Source of the DNA: a virus
Lineage: Duplodnaviria > Caudoviricetes
Reading direction: 5' to 3' (one strand)
Length of the DNA: 33,146 bases
Virus record (IMG/VR): IMGVR_UViG_3300025018_000369
Coordinates: 1 to 33,146 of that record
The translations under genes were made by a program, and so were the position numbers. Below the pieces are notes generated by a model. That model saw only the letters and a program-made list of their open reading frames with translations, ran no database searches and had not been told where the DNA came from. Of the stretch, positions 1 to 10,146 are shown one piece after another (position 1 is the stretch's first letter; each line of letters starts with the position of its first letter).

Positions 1-2
1 AC

Positions 3-1031
3 CAAAGTATATTCATCTCCCACCTCCGGATAGTTAAGAGCATTGGGCAACTGGTAACCGTTCTCCTCTGTAAAAGTGTTGAATTCTATTGTTTTACTGC
101 TGTTTAAATAGCGATTAATCTCAAATTCATAGCCCGCCAATGCTCCGGTCTTAAACACTATCTTGGCTACGGTTCCCTCTATCAACTGATCATTAACATC
201 AAAATCCAAGGAGCTATCAACAATTTTATTACGATCGCTACCGTCTACGCCGGTGACGGTTCCAGTACGTTGTGGGAAAATATCATCAAAGGTTACGGAA
301 GCTTCACGAATCCCATACAATCCAGTATTGGCCTCCAATTTCCTTTCCTCAAAAACCAAGCGGGTTGCACCCGTCCTGTAATCAATATCAAGGTTTTTGC
401 GGGCTCCAAATCCAAACACACGGGTCACCAGGCTTTTATCATCAATACTGTTCCTGGTCAAAGAGTATAGACCTTTACCTCTTCCATATTCAAACGTGAG
501 AGTGGTAGGAGATCCTACGCTTTTCTGAAGGTAAATGTTCTTTCCTGCCAATCTGTATTCCATACCAAAGGCTTCGGCTATTTTGGTAAGGGCAGATCGA
601 CAAGTATCCCCGCTAAAACTTAGGAGTTGCTCAGGAGCATTATCCACGGTTGCAATGGTCCAACCTGCGTCTATGCTGTTAATATTGTCCAAGAGCAATA
701 ATAAGAGGTCGTTTGGGGAGCCATGATAGCTAAAGTCAGCTTGGCCCTCATCCATAAAAAGCTTATTGAAGAGTGTGTATACCTCACCTTCAAAATTTAT
801 GATATAACTGTAAGTGAAATTGTTAATCTTTTCTACTTGAGGTGGCGTGTTTATGTAGAATCGTTCCCCCTTATGTTCTATGTAATCCCCAATCTGAATA
901 ACTAATGGAGCTGCGACAATAGTATCAACAACAGTTTTGTGTTCACCCATTAATTTATGTGTAAACACCGTATTCTCATCCAATGGCACAATGGCCTGCG
1001 CAATCGTATTTCTGTATATTGTAACTGTCAT
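3..1031 (-). CDS. Phage tail protein (Tal/baseplate-hub-like), N-terminal 343 aa; runs off the window start
   Basis: Not in ORF track. Hand-translated open frame from ATG 1031 (MTVTIYRNTIAQAIVPLDE...FEYGRGKGLYSLTR...TRVFGFG...FDDIFPQRTG...FKTGALAGYEFEI...) with no stop to the edge. Motifs are typical of Bacteroidota phage tail proteins following Dit. Confidence 0.85.
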   Translation of the reverse strand, partial: MTVTIYRNTIAQAIVPLDENTVFTHKLMGEHKTVVDTIVAAPLVIQIGDYIEHKGERFYINTPPQVEKINNFTYSYIINFEGEVYTLFNKLFMDEGQADFSYHGSPNDLLLLLLDNINSIDAGWTIATVDNAPEQLLSFSGDTCRSALTKIAEAFGMEYRLAGKNIYLQKSVGSPTTLTFEYGRGKGLYSLTRNSIDDKSLVTRVFGFGARKNLDIDYRTGATRLVFEERKLEANTGLYGIREASVTFDDIFPQRTGTVTGVDGSDRNKIVDSSLDFDVNDQLIEGTVAKIVFKTGALAGYEFEINRYLNSSKTIEFNTFTEENGYQLPNALNYPEVGDEYTL

Positions 1032-1032
1032 G

Positions 1033-2667
1033 TTAAATGCTCCAAAAAAGATTTTTATGTACGCCTATTCCAACTGATTCATAAGAAGAATTAACTATTA
1101 CAGTTCGCAAAATAGTTGTTGCCCCGGGATAGGTATATTGAATTATATAAGTACCTTGGATTGCTGTGTTGACCGTATCCCCGCCTATTGTTGCCGCACC
1201 ACTATCAACACCATCGTTCCATGTTGCTCCTAATTCGGTGTAGACATCTCCTAGATTCAAATTGATCACAGGGCTCCCTACAAGTGTTATTATTGGCGTT
1301 CCGTCACTAAGGGTTGTTTGGCTATATTCAGGACTATAACCTGAATTGCCATAAGCATCTTCAACATAAAATCTAAAGTAATATGTGGTATTTGGAGATA
1401 ATGCAGGCAGATTTATTCCTGCCCCTAAAGTTTGACCGTGGGTTGTCGGAAAACTATTCTCGTGTACTGTTTCACGATCATACACACCAGGTGAAGCCCC
1501 AAATTGCACCCATCCTTTAGAGCCTTCGTTTAAATACCATCGTAATTTGAAGGAAGTGGTGGTTAGTTCTTGTACCTCAAAACTGGTTACAATTGGGGGG
1601 ATGGTGTCCCCTGGGGTTTCTCCTTCTGGATAAACAACAGACCCTTCAAGATTAGCAATATTTAATAATATTACTCCCGGACCTTGAGATAAATTTCCCC
1701 CTGGGGTCGCTATTGGATAATATACCGTATCTATTCTGGACTGAAGAGATGTCGAGTATCGTGCAAGATTAAGCCATTCGTGAAGATTAACTGCACCTCC
1801 GGTTCCCGAGCCATTTACGTAATTTGTCCATTGCACAGGAGAATTGTTATACCATATTACATTAGAAAATGTTGTGACAAATTTGTCAATATCAGCCATA
1901 TTCCAATAATATCCATTCTCTACTGCTTCAACTATGAAATTAATAACATCCGAGCCGTGATTGGTGTCTTGTACTGTGTTTGAGGTCCAAGATGAATACC
2001 AGCTATATCCTGCGCCAAGGTTATAAATCCTCCCTCTTAAATTGGCACCACCCCTTATCGCCATCCCTCGCCACGAGATATCATCAAATACATCTTTGTA
2101 CTGCTGAACGCCGGTAATAACATGTAATTCCATTCCTATCCTAGCCCAGTGACTCGCCATATGAGTATTGGTTCTGTATAGGTTTCCAATTCCATCCGTA
2201 TACCATTTTTCCCAAATGTGAGTGCGGATAAAAGAAAGGATAGTGTCGTACTTGGTTTGATATGATCCTGTTGCTCGCAATGCAGGTGACTTGTACATAA
2301 CTCTTAACATAGTGGCTACATATCGCCACAAATAGGATTCCCATAGAGCATAGCCTTTGGCACTTGGAGTTCCTTTGACGGCATTCCATCCTAGATATGG
2401 CCCGCCACTAAAAGCCGGTCTAACGGTCGCTGTACTAATAACAGCCTCAATAGCCTCAATTAAATCATCAAGGTATCTGTTGTCTCCAGTAGCTCGCCAA
2501 GCTGCCAATCCAGCTTCAAACGCCCAAGCTGCATAGTAATGTTGCTGTTGTTCGCCATTTGAATTGCACTGTACCATCAAACTATTAAAATTGGCATAAG
2601 TAGCATTTGAACTGCCGTTGTACCAATAGCTTTCAAATTTTATTTTCCATTGTGCCTTGGTTGCCAT
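1033..2667 (-). CDS. Tail-module protein: helical (alpha/alpha toroid, glycoside hydrolase/epimerase-like) domain + FN3-like + DUF5011-type Ig-like domain
   Basis: 544 aa. AWRATGDNRYLD helix-turn motif and W/Y/H-rich N-terminal ~340 aa; DTIPP...LTTTSFKLRW...LSPNTTYYFR FN3 pattern; PIITLVGSPVINLNLGDVYTELGAT Ig-like pattern. Confidence 0.65.
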   Translation of the reverse strand: MATKAQWKIKFESYWYNGSSNATYANFNSLMVQCNSNGEQQQHYYAAWAFEAGLAAWRATGDNRYLDDLIEAIEAVISTATVRPAFSGGPYLGWNAVKGTPSAKGYALWESYLWRYVATMLRVMYKSPALRATGSYQTKYDTILSFIRTHIWEKWYTDGIGNLYRTNTHMASHWARIGMELHVITGVQQYKDVFDDISWRGMAIRGGANLRGRIYNLGAGYSWYSSWTSNTVQDTNHGSDVINFIVEAVENGYYWNMADIDKFVTTFSNVIWYNNSPVQWTNYVNGSGTGGAVNLHEWLNLARYSTSLQSRIDTVYYPIATPGGNLSQGPGVILLNIANLEGSVVYPEGETPGDTIPPIVTSFEVQELTTTSFKLRWYLNEGSKGWVQFGASPGVYDRETVHENSFPTTHGQTLGAGINLPALSPNTTYYFRFYVEDAYGNSGYSPEYSQTTLSDGTPIITLVGSPVINLNLGDVYTELGATWNDGVDSGAATIGGDTVNTAIQGTYIIQYTYPGATTILRTVIVNSSYESVGIGVHKNLFWSI

Positions 2668-3929
2668 TAGTATTCTGCGTTTATTTCAGTTATTTTGGCG
2701 GGACTTAATACCTCGTCATAAAGAGCTATTGATCTAATCGAGCCATTAAAAAAGTTAGAGCCGCCATTGTTTCCAGCTCCCAATACAATGTCTGTTACGC
2801 TTGTTACTGCTCCGGGAGGGTATTGCGACCCTTCAAGCACTCCGTCATAATAAGCACTTACCTGAGATGCACTTACCGTTACAATTAGCACAGTTGCAGC
2901 AGTGTAACCGGTCCTAGTGCCAAAAGCCCCACCAATAGAAAGAAGCGCATTATTGGTCGTAGATTTGTGGATAAAAAATTGTGCGGATGAATTACTGGTT
3001 ACCCCCTTATCTATAATTCGGCCTAAACTTCCATCAACAGACCCCTTTATAATTACAATACTAAACTCATCTGTGCTTGGGATGAAGTTGAGATTTGAAG
3101 GACTGCCTATAGTTAAAAAATCATCGACCCCATCAAATAATACTTCTTTAATTCCTCCTACTATTTTTAATTTCGGCCTCTTGGCTACGTCCGCCTGTGT
3201 AGCGTTATTGCCATTTTTAGAATCCGTCCATGTGGTAATAAGGTCATCGTCAACACCTATAATATTGCTCGCTTTGTACAATGACACCAAAGATGGATCA
3301 TCCAAGGAGTCTACATAAGGAGTATATGCTTCAAATTCGCCCACGCAAATCCAATTATTGGCCCCCCTCCGTAAATATGACAATGGTTTGAAAGGTAACA
3401 CGGAGGCGTTGGACGGGGCCGTTACTCCAGAACCGGGTTTGATTTTGACCAATCCGGTTGCTTCGTGCCATGCGGTAAATGCAACATCCTCGGTAATCCC
3501 TAAAATAGCATCGTTTGGTATGGTAATTTCTACATCACTAGATTCTGCGTTATAGATTACCTTTCCTATATCGTCTATATTGAGGTTTCTATCTACTGTC
3601 TCCTCTACCCATTTAGGAGATATATCCGTAGTTCCATTTGCGCCATCGGCACCATCTTCCCCTGCTGGCCCCTGTGGACCAACGTCCCCATCAACTCCAT
3701 TGGCCCCTGCAGGTCCTTGTGGACCTTGTGCGCCCTGTGGACCGGTTGCGCCCTGGATTCCTTGTGGGCCTTGTATCCCCTGTGGACCTTCCGGTCCTGT
3801 ATTTGATGGCAGCTCCGATACTGAAATGTATTCCGGCTCGCCATTATCTATATTGCCGATCAATACCTTATCGGTCGGCTTTAAAGTGTCCCTGTGGTCC
3901 ATTCCGGTCCAAAATCTTTTACTTCCCAT
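2667..3929 (-). CDS. Collagen-repeat tail fibre with C-terminal LamG/concanavalin-like domain
   Basis: 420 aa; about 18 G-X-Y triplets (GPQGIQGPQ...); FDGVDDFL and [20 protein letters not shown] LamG signatures. Confidence 0.8.
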   Translation of the reverse strand: MGSKRFWTGMDHRDTLKPTDKVLIGNIDNGEPEYISVSELPSNTGPEGPQGIQGPQGIQGATGPQGAQGPQGPAGANGVDGDVGPQGPAGEDGADGANGTTDISPKWVEETVDRNLNIDDIGKVIYNAESSDVEITIPNDAILGITEDVAFTAWHEATGLVKIKPGSGVTAPSNASVLPFKPLSYLRRGANNWICVGEFEAYTPYVDSLDDPSLVSLYKASNIIGVDDDLITTWTDSKNGNNATQADVAKRPKLKIVGGIKEVLFDGVDDFLTIGSPSNLNFIPSTDEFSIVIIKGSVDGSLGRIIDKGVTSNSSAQFFIHKSTTNNALLSIGGAFGTRTGYTAATVLIVTVSASQVSAYYDGVLEGSQYPPGAVTSVTDIVLGAGNNGGSNFFNGSIRSIALYDEVLSPAKITEINAEY

Positions 3930-3932
3930 AAT

Positions 3933-4907
3933 CTAAAGTGTTATATCCTCAAATTTGTTTGTTATTAATCGGTTACCATCATTGTCAGTAATAAAGTCCA
4001 ATGCGTATTTGTCAACCTTTATAAAATCTATGTTGGCCAAAATGGCCTCTCCGTAATTGTCCAACAAGTAAGCAGGCTCCACTGGAACCCCGGCACCTAC
4101 CATAATTAATGGTACCGTTAGTTTGCAGACACATTGGCCATCCATGATCCGTATATCCTCCACGGTAAAGCCTTCGGCATTAAAGCACTCCCGCTCCATA
4201 TTGTCCACATTGATCACTCTAAGTCCTGGACCCGCCAATAACTGTTGAAACTTTTGGACATTGCCTTTTAACGCCTCGTAATCTGGAGCTACAAAGTATA
4301 AGGTCTGTACTATTTTAATCGGCCCCATTTTGGTTACCTGATACCCCTCTGTGGCATAGGCTGTAAAATGGGCGGACTTGGTGGCTGGACGGTTAAAGTT
4401 GTCCTTTACATTGGTAACAATGGCTCCAAGATCACTATAACCAACGTTGTCTATATTGTAAAGCCCAATACTCGTTCCCGTGGGTATAGTAGCATCCATA
4501 GTGACTATTGGCTCACGGAATACGATCTGTAAGGTGGCCCAACCTTGCCCTATGTATTTACCCTCAACCGTATCCTTCACATACACGTTAAAGGTTCCCC
4601 ATGGGGTCTGTAACGGAACCAAGTCCGTAAATTTGTGCATATCCAAATACAGTTCCTGGACTCTGTTGATGGCATCGGCCTGGTCTGCACCTTCCATAAG
4701 GCCATAGAAAGTAATATCCCTGCCTCCGTGACGTATTTCTTCGGCCAACACATAAGGCTCCGTTCCAAGCTCATCGCTCCAATCATGATGTGTTTTGCCC
4801 AAACGGGATGGCATATCCAAAAAGCCGGAAAGGGCAATATTGCTATTGCTGGCCCGTCCGGCATGGATGCCATAATTGATAAGTTCTATGTTGTTGAGTT
4901 TGTACAT
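3933..4907 (-). CDS. Distal tail (Dit-like) protein with internally duplicated domain
   Basis: 324 aa directly after tape measure; two related halves ([12 protein letters not shown] / [12 protein letters not shown]). Confidence 0.65.
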   Translation of the reverse strand: MYKLNNIELINYGIHAGRASNSNIALSGFLDMPSRLGKTHHDWSDELGTEPYVLAEEIRHGGRDITFYGLMEGADQADAINRVQELYLDMHKFTDLVPLQTPWGTFNVYVKDTVEGKYIGQGWATLQIVFREPIVTMDATIPTGTSIGLYNIDNVGYSDLGAIVTNVKDNFNRPATKSAHFTAYATEGYQVTKMGPIKIVQTLYFVAPDYEALKGNVQKFQQLLAGPGLRVINVDNMERECFNAEGFTVEDIRIMDGQCVCKLTVPLIMVGAGVPVEPAYLLDNYGEAILANIDFIKVDKYALDFITDNDGNRLITNKFEDITL

Positions 4908-7900
4908 TATCCCAATCCTAAGTCCCTGCCCGTTTGGCTGGGTTTTGTGTTCTTACTAATTGTCCTCAGCTCCAATACTGCAGCTTTAAGTTCCATTACC
5001 GTACCAGCGGTATTTTGCTCTATCAATGCCGATAATTGCACCATGCGCATGGTGGCATCAAAATGTCGTTGCTCAAGTTCAAAGTGTTTTTCACTTAATT
5101 GCAGCTGTCTTTTGGTAATATCAAACTGGCCCCGGAAAAGGCCTGTAAGTTCACTACCGGTTTCCTCTGTCAATTCCCTTCTAATGGCTCCCTGCAGTCC
5201 TGGCTTGTTGGCTGTGTCCGCACTATCAAAACCCTCATATCCCAAAGCCTTCAATTGGTCATTAAATGCGCCGATAGCGGCAAGGCCTTGATCTAGGGCA
5301 GGGTTGATACTATCCCCGAACCTGACTATATCGTCTATCCAACTTTGGTCACCGTCCAGTCCCATACTGTCCTGCATTTCCTTCTGAAGATTGTCAAAAT
5401 AGGAACGGAACTGCGTATTGATCAAATCCTGTAAAAAGAGCTCCGTTAAAATGTTGTTTAAAGACTTTTTAAACCCCTCCGCCGCACTCTCACCTTCACG
5501 AAAGGCCTGTACCAGATTATCGGCTAGCTGATTGCCCAACTGTCCGCCAAAATCCGAAATGATCTTTTTCATTTCCTCCATGGCTGCCTGGTATTCTGCC
5601 AATGCCGTTTGGGCGTTTGCAAGCATGGCCTTGGTAGCCTTATCCGTAATATTTCCTGCCTCGTCCATTAGGGTAAAGAAGTCCAACCACTCCTCAGCGG
5701 AAAAGTTGGCCATATCTGCGGAAGTCTTACCCATAGCGGTAAGGGTGTCTTCAAAATAAGACCGCATTTTTTTTAGGGCATCCTGGGAAACTTTTTGATC
5801 CGAATAACCCCCAAAGATCGATAAGGGGTCGGATAACTGCGGACCAAGAAGCAAGCCCCCTTTTTCGTAATATCCCCTAGGGTTATAATCACCTAAAATT
5901 TGCTCCATGGTAAAATCCCTATTTTCCCTTTTCTTACCAAAGAGCAACCGTTTGCCAACGCCCTCTGTAGAGAATATGCCGTTTTCGCTCAATGTCCTCA
6001 TGGAATCCACCAACTTTTGTTCACTATCTACCCTTTGTTGAAGGGCAGCGGTAAAGTCTTCTTTATAATAAGAGTCTAAAAATGCGGAGGAATTACGCTC
6101 TATTTCGGCACGTTCGCGACGCAGTTGGTTTATTTGATCCTCCAATTGCATCTGCACCACCAATTCCTTGTTAAGGTCCTTTTGCGCGGTTACATCTGCA
6201 AATTGGGTCTCATCTCCAATACTTTTTAACAAGTTACCTGCCTGAACTATCAAGCCTACAAGTGAAGATGCTCTTTGCAATCCTTTCCCTTCCTGTCCGG
6301 ACAATTCCGCCAATGCTGAAATAGTTCCGCCTATCTCCTGTACCATATTACCAACAGCCTTGGTAATTTCATCCCCTGCCTGGGTAAGTGCCCAACCTAT
6401 ATTTCCGAATACATTGGCGATTTCGTTAATGTCGATTTGCTTTTTTATGGCTAGCTCCCCATTAACCTTATTAATTTCGTTAATAATATCCTGGGCGGCG
6501 GTTTTGCTTAATACTCCTGCACTTTGCAGTCTCTCTACCATCTTTTGGGTTGCTTTCACAACCGCTTCGGCAGCCTTGTTGGACAAACCTTCTATACCAT
6601 TGGTTAGTTTTTTGTACTCCTCTGTAGCCTTGGCGTTCGCCAAATCAAGTTCATCCATGGTTTCGTCATGGATCTTTTTTAATACCTCCGCTTTTTTAAA
6701 CTCCCCATCGGCCAAAAGTTTTAAACGGTCTTCATTATACTTCTTCGTCAATGCGGACCGCTTTTCTTCATAGGTCTGTAGACTGGCCAATAAAGCTGTA
6801 TATTGTTTCTCCTGGGCTTTGGTGTAGATTTCCGTTTCCTTTTCTATGAGTTTGGTACGCTCCAATTCTACAGCAGTAGCATCACCGGAGGCCACAGCGG
6901 AAAAGGCATCCTTGTTAAGCTCCCATTGCTCCCTTAAGACTTCTGCAAAGGAGTTGAACCCTTTTAATTGTTCCGCGTATTGTTCCTTGGCCTTGGCTAC
7001 CCCAAATTGTCTTTTGTACTCTTCAAATTCTTCAAAAATCTGCTTTTGCTTCTCCAGTTCCTCCTTAAGGAGTTGGGTTTCCTGTTTATACTTTAAATCG
7101 GATACGGCACTTTCTTCCAATTCGTCAAACCCTTTTAAGCTTATAGCCGCCTCGGTGTTTTTCTTGTTCTTGTTAAAATCTTCCACTTCACGGCGCATCT
7201 TGGAAAATTTGTCCCTGAGTGCCTGTACTTCTGCCTCATCATTATCCAGTTTCTTAAGGGCATATTCCTTGTCGATTTCCAATAACCTACGGACCAAGGT
7301 CTCTCTCTTGCTTATAGTCTGCGAACTAGCCTTGTCATCTCCTTCAAGATTTAGTCCAAAGGCGGAAGCTAGCTTATTAGCTGCATTGTTCTGGCTATTT
7401 ATAATTCGACCATAACCAGTACCTACATCTTCCATTTTTTTTCTGACATCCTCCAAATCTTCATACAAGCCCTCAGTAATCCTATCAAAAGTTTGGGATT
7501 GGTATGGCGTAGCGGCACGTTTTTCCTCTATCTTTTGGATAATTTCATCCTCCTCTTTGGCAAGCCTTATCAACTCCTTGGAAGCTTCGTTTACAGCCTC
7601 CGCAGCTGCGGCACGATATAAAAGTGCCTTAACATATGCACCGGATTTCTCAATGAAGGTTTTCTCCGCTTCATTGTAGTTTTTGGCGGTTCCCAGGGAA
7701 TTGCCCAAAGTCTCATTGTAGAGCTTAAGGGCCTTGGCCTTTTTATCTATGTCCGTACCGGCACCTGCAAAAGCGGCACGTACCTCAATGATGGACTTGA
7801 TGGCTTTTTGATAGCTACTGCTCTCATAGGCCCTGTTCAAAGCCTCCATTGACTTTTTGTTATCGTCAATGGCTCTTTTAGTCTTAAAAAGATTGCCCAG

Positions 7901-8389
7901 GAAGCTGATTATTTGTGGAACATAAACAGTAAGCAATGTGACCCCAACGGATAGCACGGTCTGCCAGCTTAAAAAGCTTTTGGCCAACTGGCCAATAACG
8001 GACTGCCCTTTTTGGCCACTGGCTATAAGGGCATCGTTTTCCTTTTTAAGCTTCCCAATTTCATCCGCCAACATGGGGATGTTGTTACTAATGGCCAAAA
8101 AGCCCGTTTGGGCGGAATAGGTAAATGCAGGAAGTTCCCGTGTTATTTGGGCTATTGAAAATCCAAGGCCGTCAAATTGCCTCTTTTGTCGACCTATAGC
8201 AGCGGTTGCCTTGTCTATTTCTACATTGGAGCCTTTAAAACTGTTGTCCAGTTGTTTTTTTACCTTTTGCTCAATGTTCTCGGCCTCGTCCCCAATGCCA
8301 CGTAGTTCGTCCTTAACGATTTTCGCATCTTTCTTTACCTGGTCGGAGTTGATCAGGAAATCTACATCTATGGGGTCAAAATTTTCCAT
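4907..8389 (-). CDS. Tail tape measure protein
   Basis: 1160 aa, helical/coiled-coil; QFDGLGFSIAQITRELPAF...FLAISNNIPML and LTEETGSELTGLFRG motifs; follows tail tube and chaperones. Confidence 0.92.
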   Translation of the reverse strand: MENFDPIDVDFLINSDQVKKDAKIVKDELRGIGDEAENIEQKVKKQLDNSFKGSNVEIDKATAAIGRQKRQFDGLGFSIAQITRELPAFTYSAQTGFLAISNNIPMLADEIGKLKKENDALIASGQKGQSVIGQLAKSFLSWQTVLSVGVTLLTVYVPQIISFLGNLFKTKRAIDDNKKSMEALNRAYESSSYQKAIKSIIEVRAAFAGAGTDIDKKAKALKLYNETLGNSLGTAKNYNEAEKTFIEKSGAYVKALLYRAAAAEAVNEASKELIRLAKEEDEIIQKIEEKRAATPYQSQTFDRITEGLYEDLEDVRKKMEDVGTGYGRIINSQNNAANKLASAFGLNLEGDDKASSQTISKRETLVRRLLEIDKEYALKKLDNDEAEVQALRDKFSKMRREVEDFNKNKKNTEAAISLKGFDELEESAVSDLKYKQETQLLKEELEKQKQIFEEFEEYKRQFGVAKAKEQYAEQLKGFNSFAEVLREQWELNKDAFSAVASGDATAVELERTKLIEKETEIYTKAQEKQYTALLASLQTYEEKRSALTKKYNEDRLKLLADGEFKKAEVLKKIHDETMDELDLANAKATEEYKKLTNGIEGLSNKAAEAVVKATQKMVERLQSAGVLSKTAAQDIINEINKVNGELAIKKQIDINEIANVFGNIGWALTQAGDEITKAVGNMVQEIGGTISALAELSGQEGKGLQRASSLVGLIVQAGNLLKSIGDETQFADVTAQKDLNKELVVQMQLEDQINQLRRERAEIERNSSAFLDSYYKEDFTAALQQRVDSEQKLVDSMRTLSENGIFSTEGVGKRLLFGKKRENRDFTMEQILGDYNPRGYYEKGGLLLGPQLSDPLSIFGGYSDQKVSQDALKKMRSYFEDTLTAMGKTSADMANFSAEEWLDFFTLMDEAGNITDKATKAMLANAQTALAEYQAAMEEMKKIISDFGGQLGNQLADNLVQAFREGESAAEGFKKSLNNILTELFLQDLINTQFRSYFDNLQKEMQDSMGLDGDQSWIDDIVRFGDSINPALDQGLAAIGAFNDQLKALGYEGFDSADTANKPGLQGAIRRELTEETGSELTGLFRGQFDITKRQLQLSEKHFELEQRHFDATMRMVQLSALIEQNTAGTVMELKAAVLELRTISKNTKPSQTGRDLGLG

Positions 8390-8598
8390 TAAGGAGCTTG
8401 TCTTTTAGATTTTATACGGCCCAATAATCCTGCACCGTCATCTTTAATTATTTTATCCTCTTCTTTTATCATCTTAAAATGGCTCCTATCTGCCATCATA
8501 AGCATAATGTTCGCCCTACTTACCTTCCAGAGTACATCGTGCCAGGACCAACCGGTTTCCTTTACGATCTGGAACAACATTCCCCAGGGGCTATGCAT
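8389..8598 (-). CDS. Tail assembly chaperone second ORF (gpT-like); may be expressed as a -1 frameshift extension of the upstream gene
   Basis: MHSPWGMLFQIVKETGWSWHDVLWKVSRANIMLMMAD; the frame is open across the upstream stop at 8610, in the -1 frame; sits immediately before the tape measure. Confidence 0.65.
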   Translation of the reverse strand: MHSPWGMLFQIVKETGWSWHDVLWKVSRANIMLMMADRSHFKMIKEEDKIIKDDGAGLLGRIKSKRQAP

Positions 8599-8609
8599 GC
8601 CTGTTTGCG

Positions 8610-9104
8610 TTAACTCCCCTTGGTCTTTTGGCCCAGATTCGGAGGGGTGATCGTCATCCTCCTTACCGATCTGGTAGTATTCATAAAATCCGATGTGCCT
8701 CCATAGATTAATAATGCCGTTGCCAATGCAAAAAGTTCCCTGGGCTTGCAATGCCATCTTAGGTAATGTGCCAGTATCCTGGTGAAAAGTTTGTTGCCCG
8801 CAAAATATCCGTTTAGGATGGCGCAGGCCACTGCTTTGCTTATGGCTTTCCCATGGAGTGACATCAGGGCCAAACTTTCCTCTACCGTTATCTCCTCCAG
8901 TTTTTGGCTTTTTATTCCGGCACTCAGATAGTAAGTGGCTACCCGGTGCATGGTGCCTTCATAGGGAGAGGTGAGGCGGATGGTAACCGTTTTCTTTAAC
9001 CATCTTATGAACCAAGGGGCGGCAATTTTTACCTTGACGCCCCTGTGTAGAATGGTTTCTGCGGCCAACCTTTCCGTAGCCAAGTTTTCCTTTGGTGTAT
9101 CCAT
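8610..9104 (-). CDS. Tail assembly chaperone (gpG-like)
   Basis: 164 aa between tail tube and tape measure. Confidence 0.7.
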   Translation of the reverse strand: MDTPKENLATERLAAETILHRGVKVKIAAPWFIRWLKKTVTIRLTSPYEGTMHRVATYYLSAGIKSQKLEEITVEESLALMSLHGKAISKAVACAILNGYFAGNKLFTRILAHYLRWHCKPRELFALATALLIYGGTSDFMNTTRSVRRMTITPPNLGQKTKGS

Positions 9105-9105
9105 A

Positions 9106-9621
9106 TTATAGAGCAGGCTCTATAATATCAATAGCGGCCAAGGAGAATCCTGGTGTCAAGACCGTAAAGGTCAAATCCAAGGTCCAAATACCGTTTCTCC
9201 TAAAGGAGAAGTTCTTAAGGCCTTTAACTTTGGCCCTGGGAACAATAATTTGGTAGCCGTCCAAAGTAACGATCTCCAAACGCTTTTCTATGGTTCCTGC
9301 ATTTGCAGGCTTGCTCCATGTTTTTTCACCACCGACACCGGTTACTACGCTACCTCCCAAGAAAAGGGCCAATTTTTCTACCGAGGTATCCATTTGTCCA
9401 AAACGCAGGGTTTCTTTACCTGGTTCCGAAAAGGATAGTTTTGGAGTATTGTCCATCTCGGAATAGATTTCGGTGTCGGTACCGTCCTCCTCCACAAAGT
9501 CGAACGTGTCCCTTAGGATATCTTCAGTAAGGTCTACCTCAGAGGCGGCCAAGGCCAAACCGTTGGCAGGATCAATACCGTGCACTTTTACGGATGCAAA
9601 GCCGTATCTATACTTGCTCAT
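9106..9621 (-). CDS. Major tail tube protein
   Basis: 171 aa beta-rich acidic protein (TEIYSEMDNTP...IIVPRAKV) in the canonical position. Confidence 0.75.
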   Translation of the reverse strand: MSKYRYGFASVKVHGIDPANGLALAASEVDLTEDILRDTFDFVEEDGTDTEIYSEMDNTPKLSFSEPGKETLRFGQMDTSVEKLALFLGGSVVTGVGGEKTWSKPANAGTIEKRLEIVTLDGYQIIVPRAKVKGLKNFSFRRNGIWTLDLTFTVLTPGFSLAAIDIIEPAL

Positions 9622-9624
9622 GTC

Positions 9625-10128
9625 TTATTTTTTAGGGTTAGATTTATTGGTTTTTTTGGGCTTTACCTCTTCGGCATCGGATACCTTAAGATTTTTGGCA
9701 GCTTCCTCTGCTTCCTTGGCTTTGGCTTCCTCTGCAGCTTTTGCCTTGGCAGCTTCCTCCGCCTCCTTGGCTTTGGCTTCCTCTGCAGCTTTTGCCTTGG
9801 CATCTTCCTCTGCTTCCTTGGCTTTGGCTTCCTCTGCAGCTTTGACCTTGGCAGCTTCCTCTGCTTCCTTGGCTTTGGCTTCCTCTGCACCTTTGACCTT
9901 GGCGGCCTCTACTGCCTTCGCGTGCTCCTCAGCGGCTTTGGCTGCAGCCACTTCCTCTAGCATAACCGCTTCTCGGTCGTACTTTTTAACGGCCTTGTCC
10001 GCATGCCTTTGGGCGTGGGAATCTGCTTTGTGCTCCTCCTCGAAGGCCATACCGTCCGATGTAATGAACAGCTGTTGGAGCTTTGGGTTACGTGCAAAAA
10101 AATGCTTTGCTATTTCCTTTTTTTTCAT
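9625..10128 (-). CDS. Small virion-associated protein with Ala/Glu/Lys repeat expansion
   Basis: 167 aa; globular N-terminus (LFITSDGMAF...ADSHA) then four 17-aa repeats. Confidence 0.6.
   Translation of the reverse strand: MKKKEIAKHFFARNPKLQQLFITSDGMAFEEEHKADSHAQRHADKAVKKYDREAVMLEEVAAAKAAEEHAKAVEAAKVKGAEEAKAKEAEEAAKVKAAEEAKAKEAEEDAKAKAAEEAKAKEAEEAAKAKAAEEAKAKEAEEAAKNLKVSDAEEVKPKKTNKSNPKK
9697..9900. repeat. Tandem repeat, 4 x 51 bp (KAKAAEEAKAKEAEEAA-like unit)
   Basis: Unit GGCAGCTTCCTCTGCTTCCTTGGCTTTGGCTTCCTCTGCAGCTTTTGCCTT, four near-identical copies. Confidence 0.95.
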
Positions 10129-10146
10129 GGTTTAAAAGATGTTTAA

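Noticed and set aside
270-905. Short plus-strand ORFs at the window start
   Set aside because: They are shadows of the continuous minus-strand tail gene starting at 1031.
1033-4907. Mu G-segment-like invertible tail fibre cassette or a DGR VR in tail genes
   Set aside because: No invertase, no flanking inverted repeats noticed, and no TR-like sequence seen in these genes.
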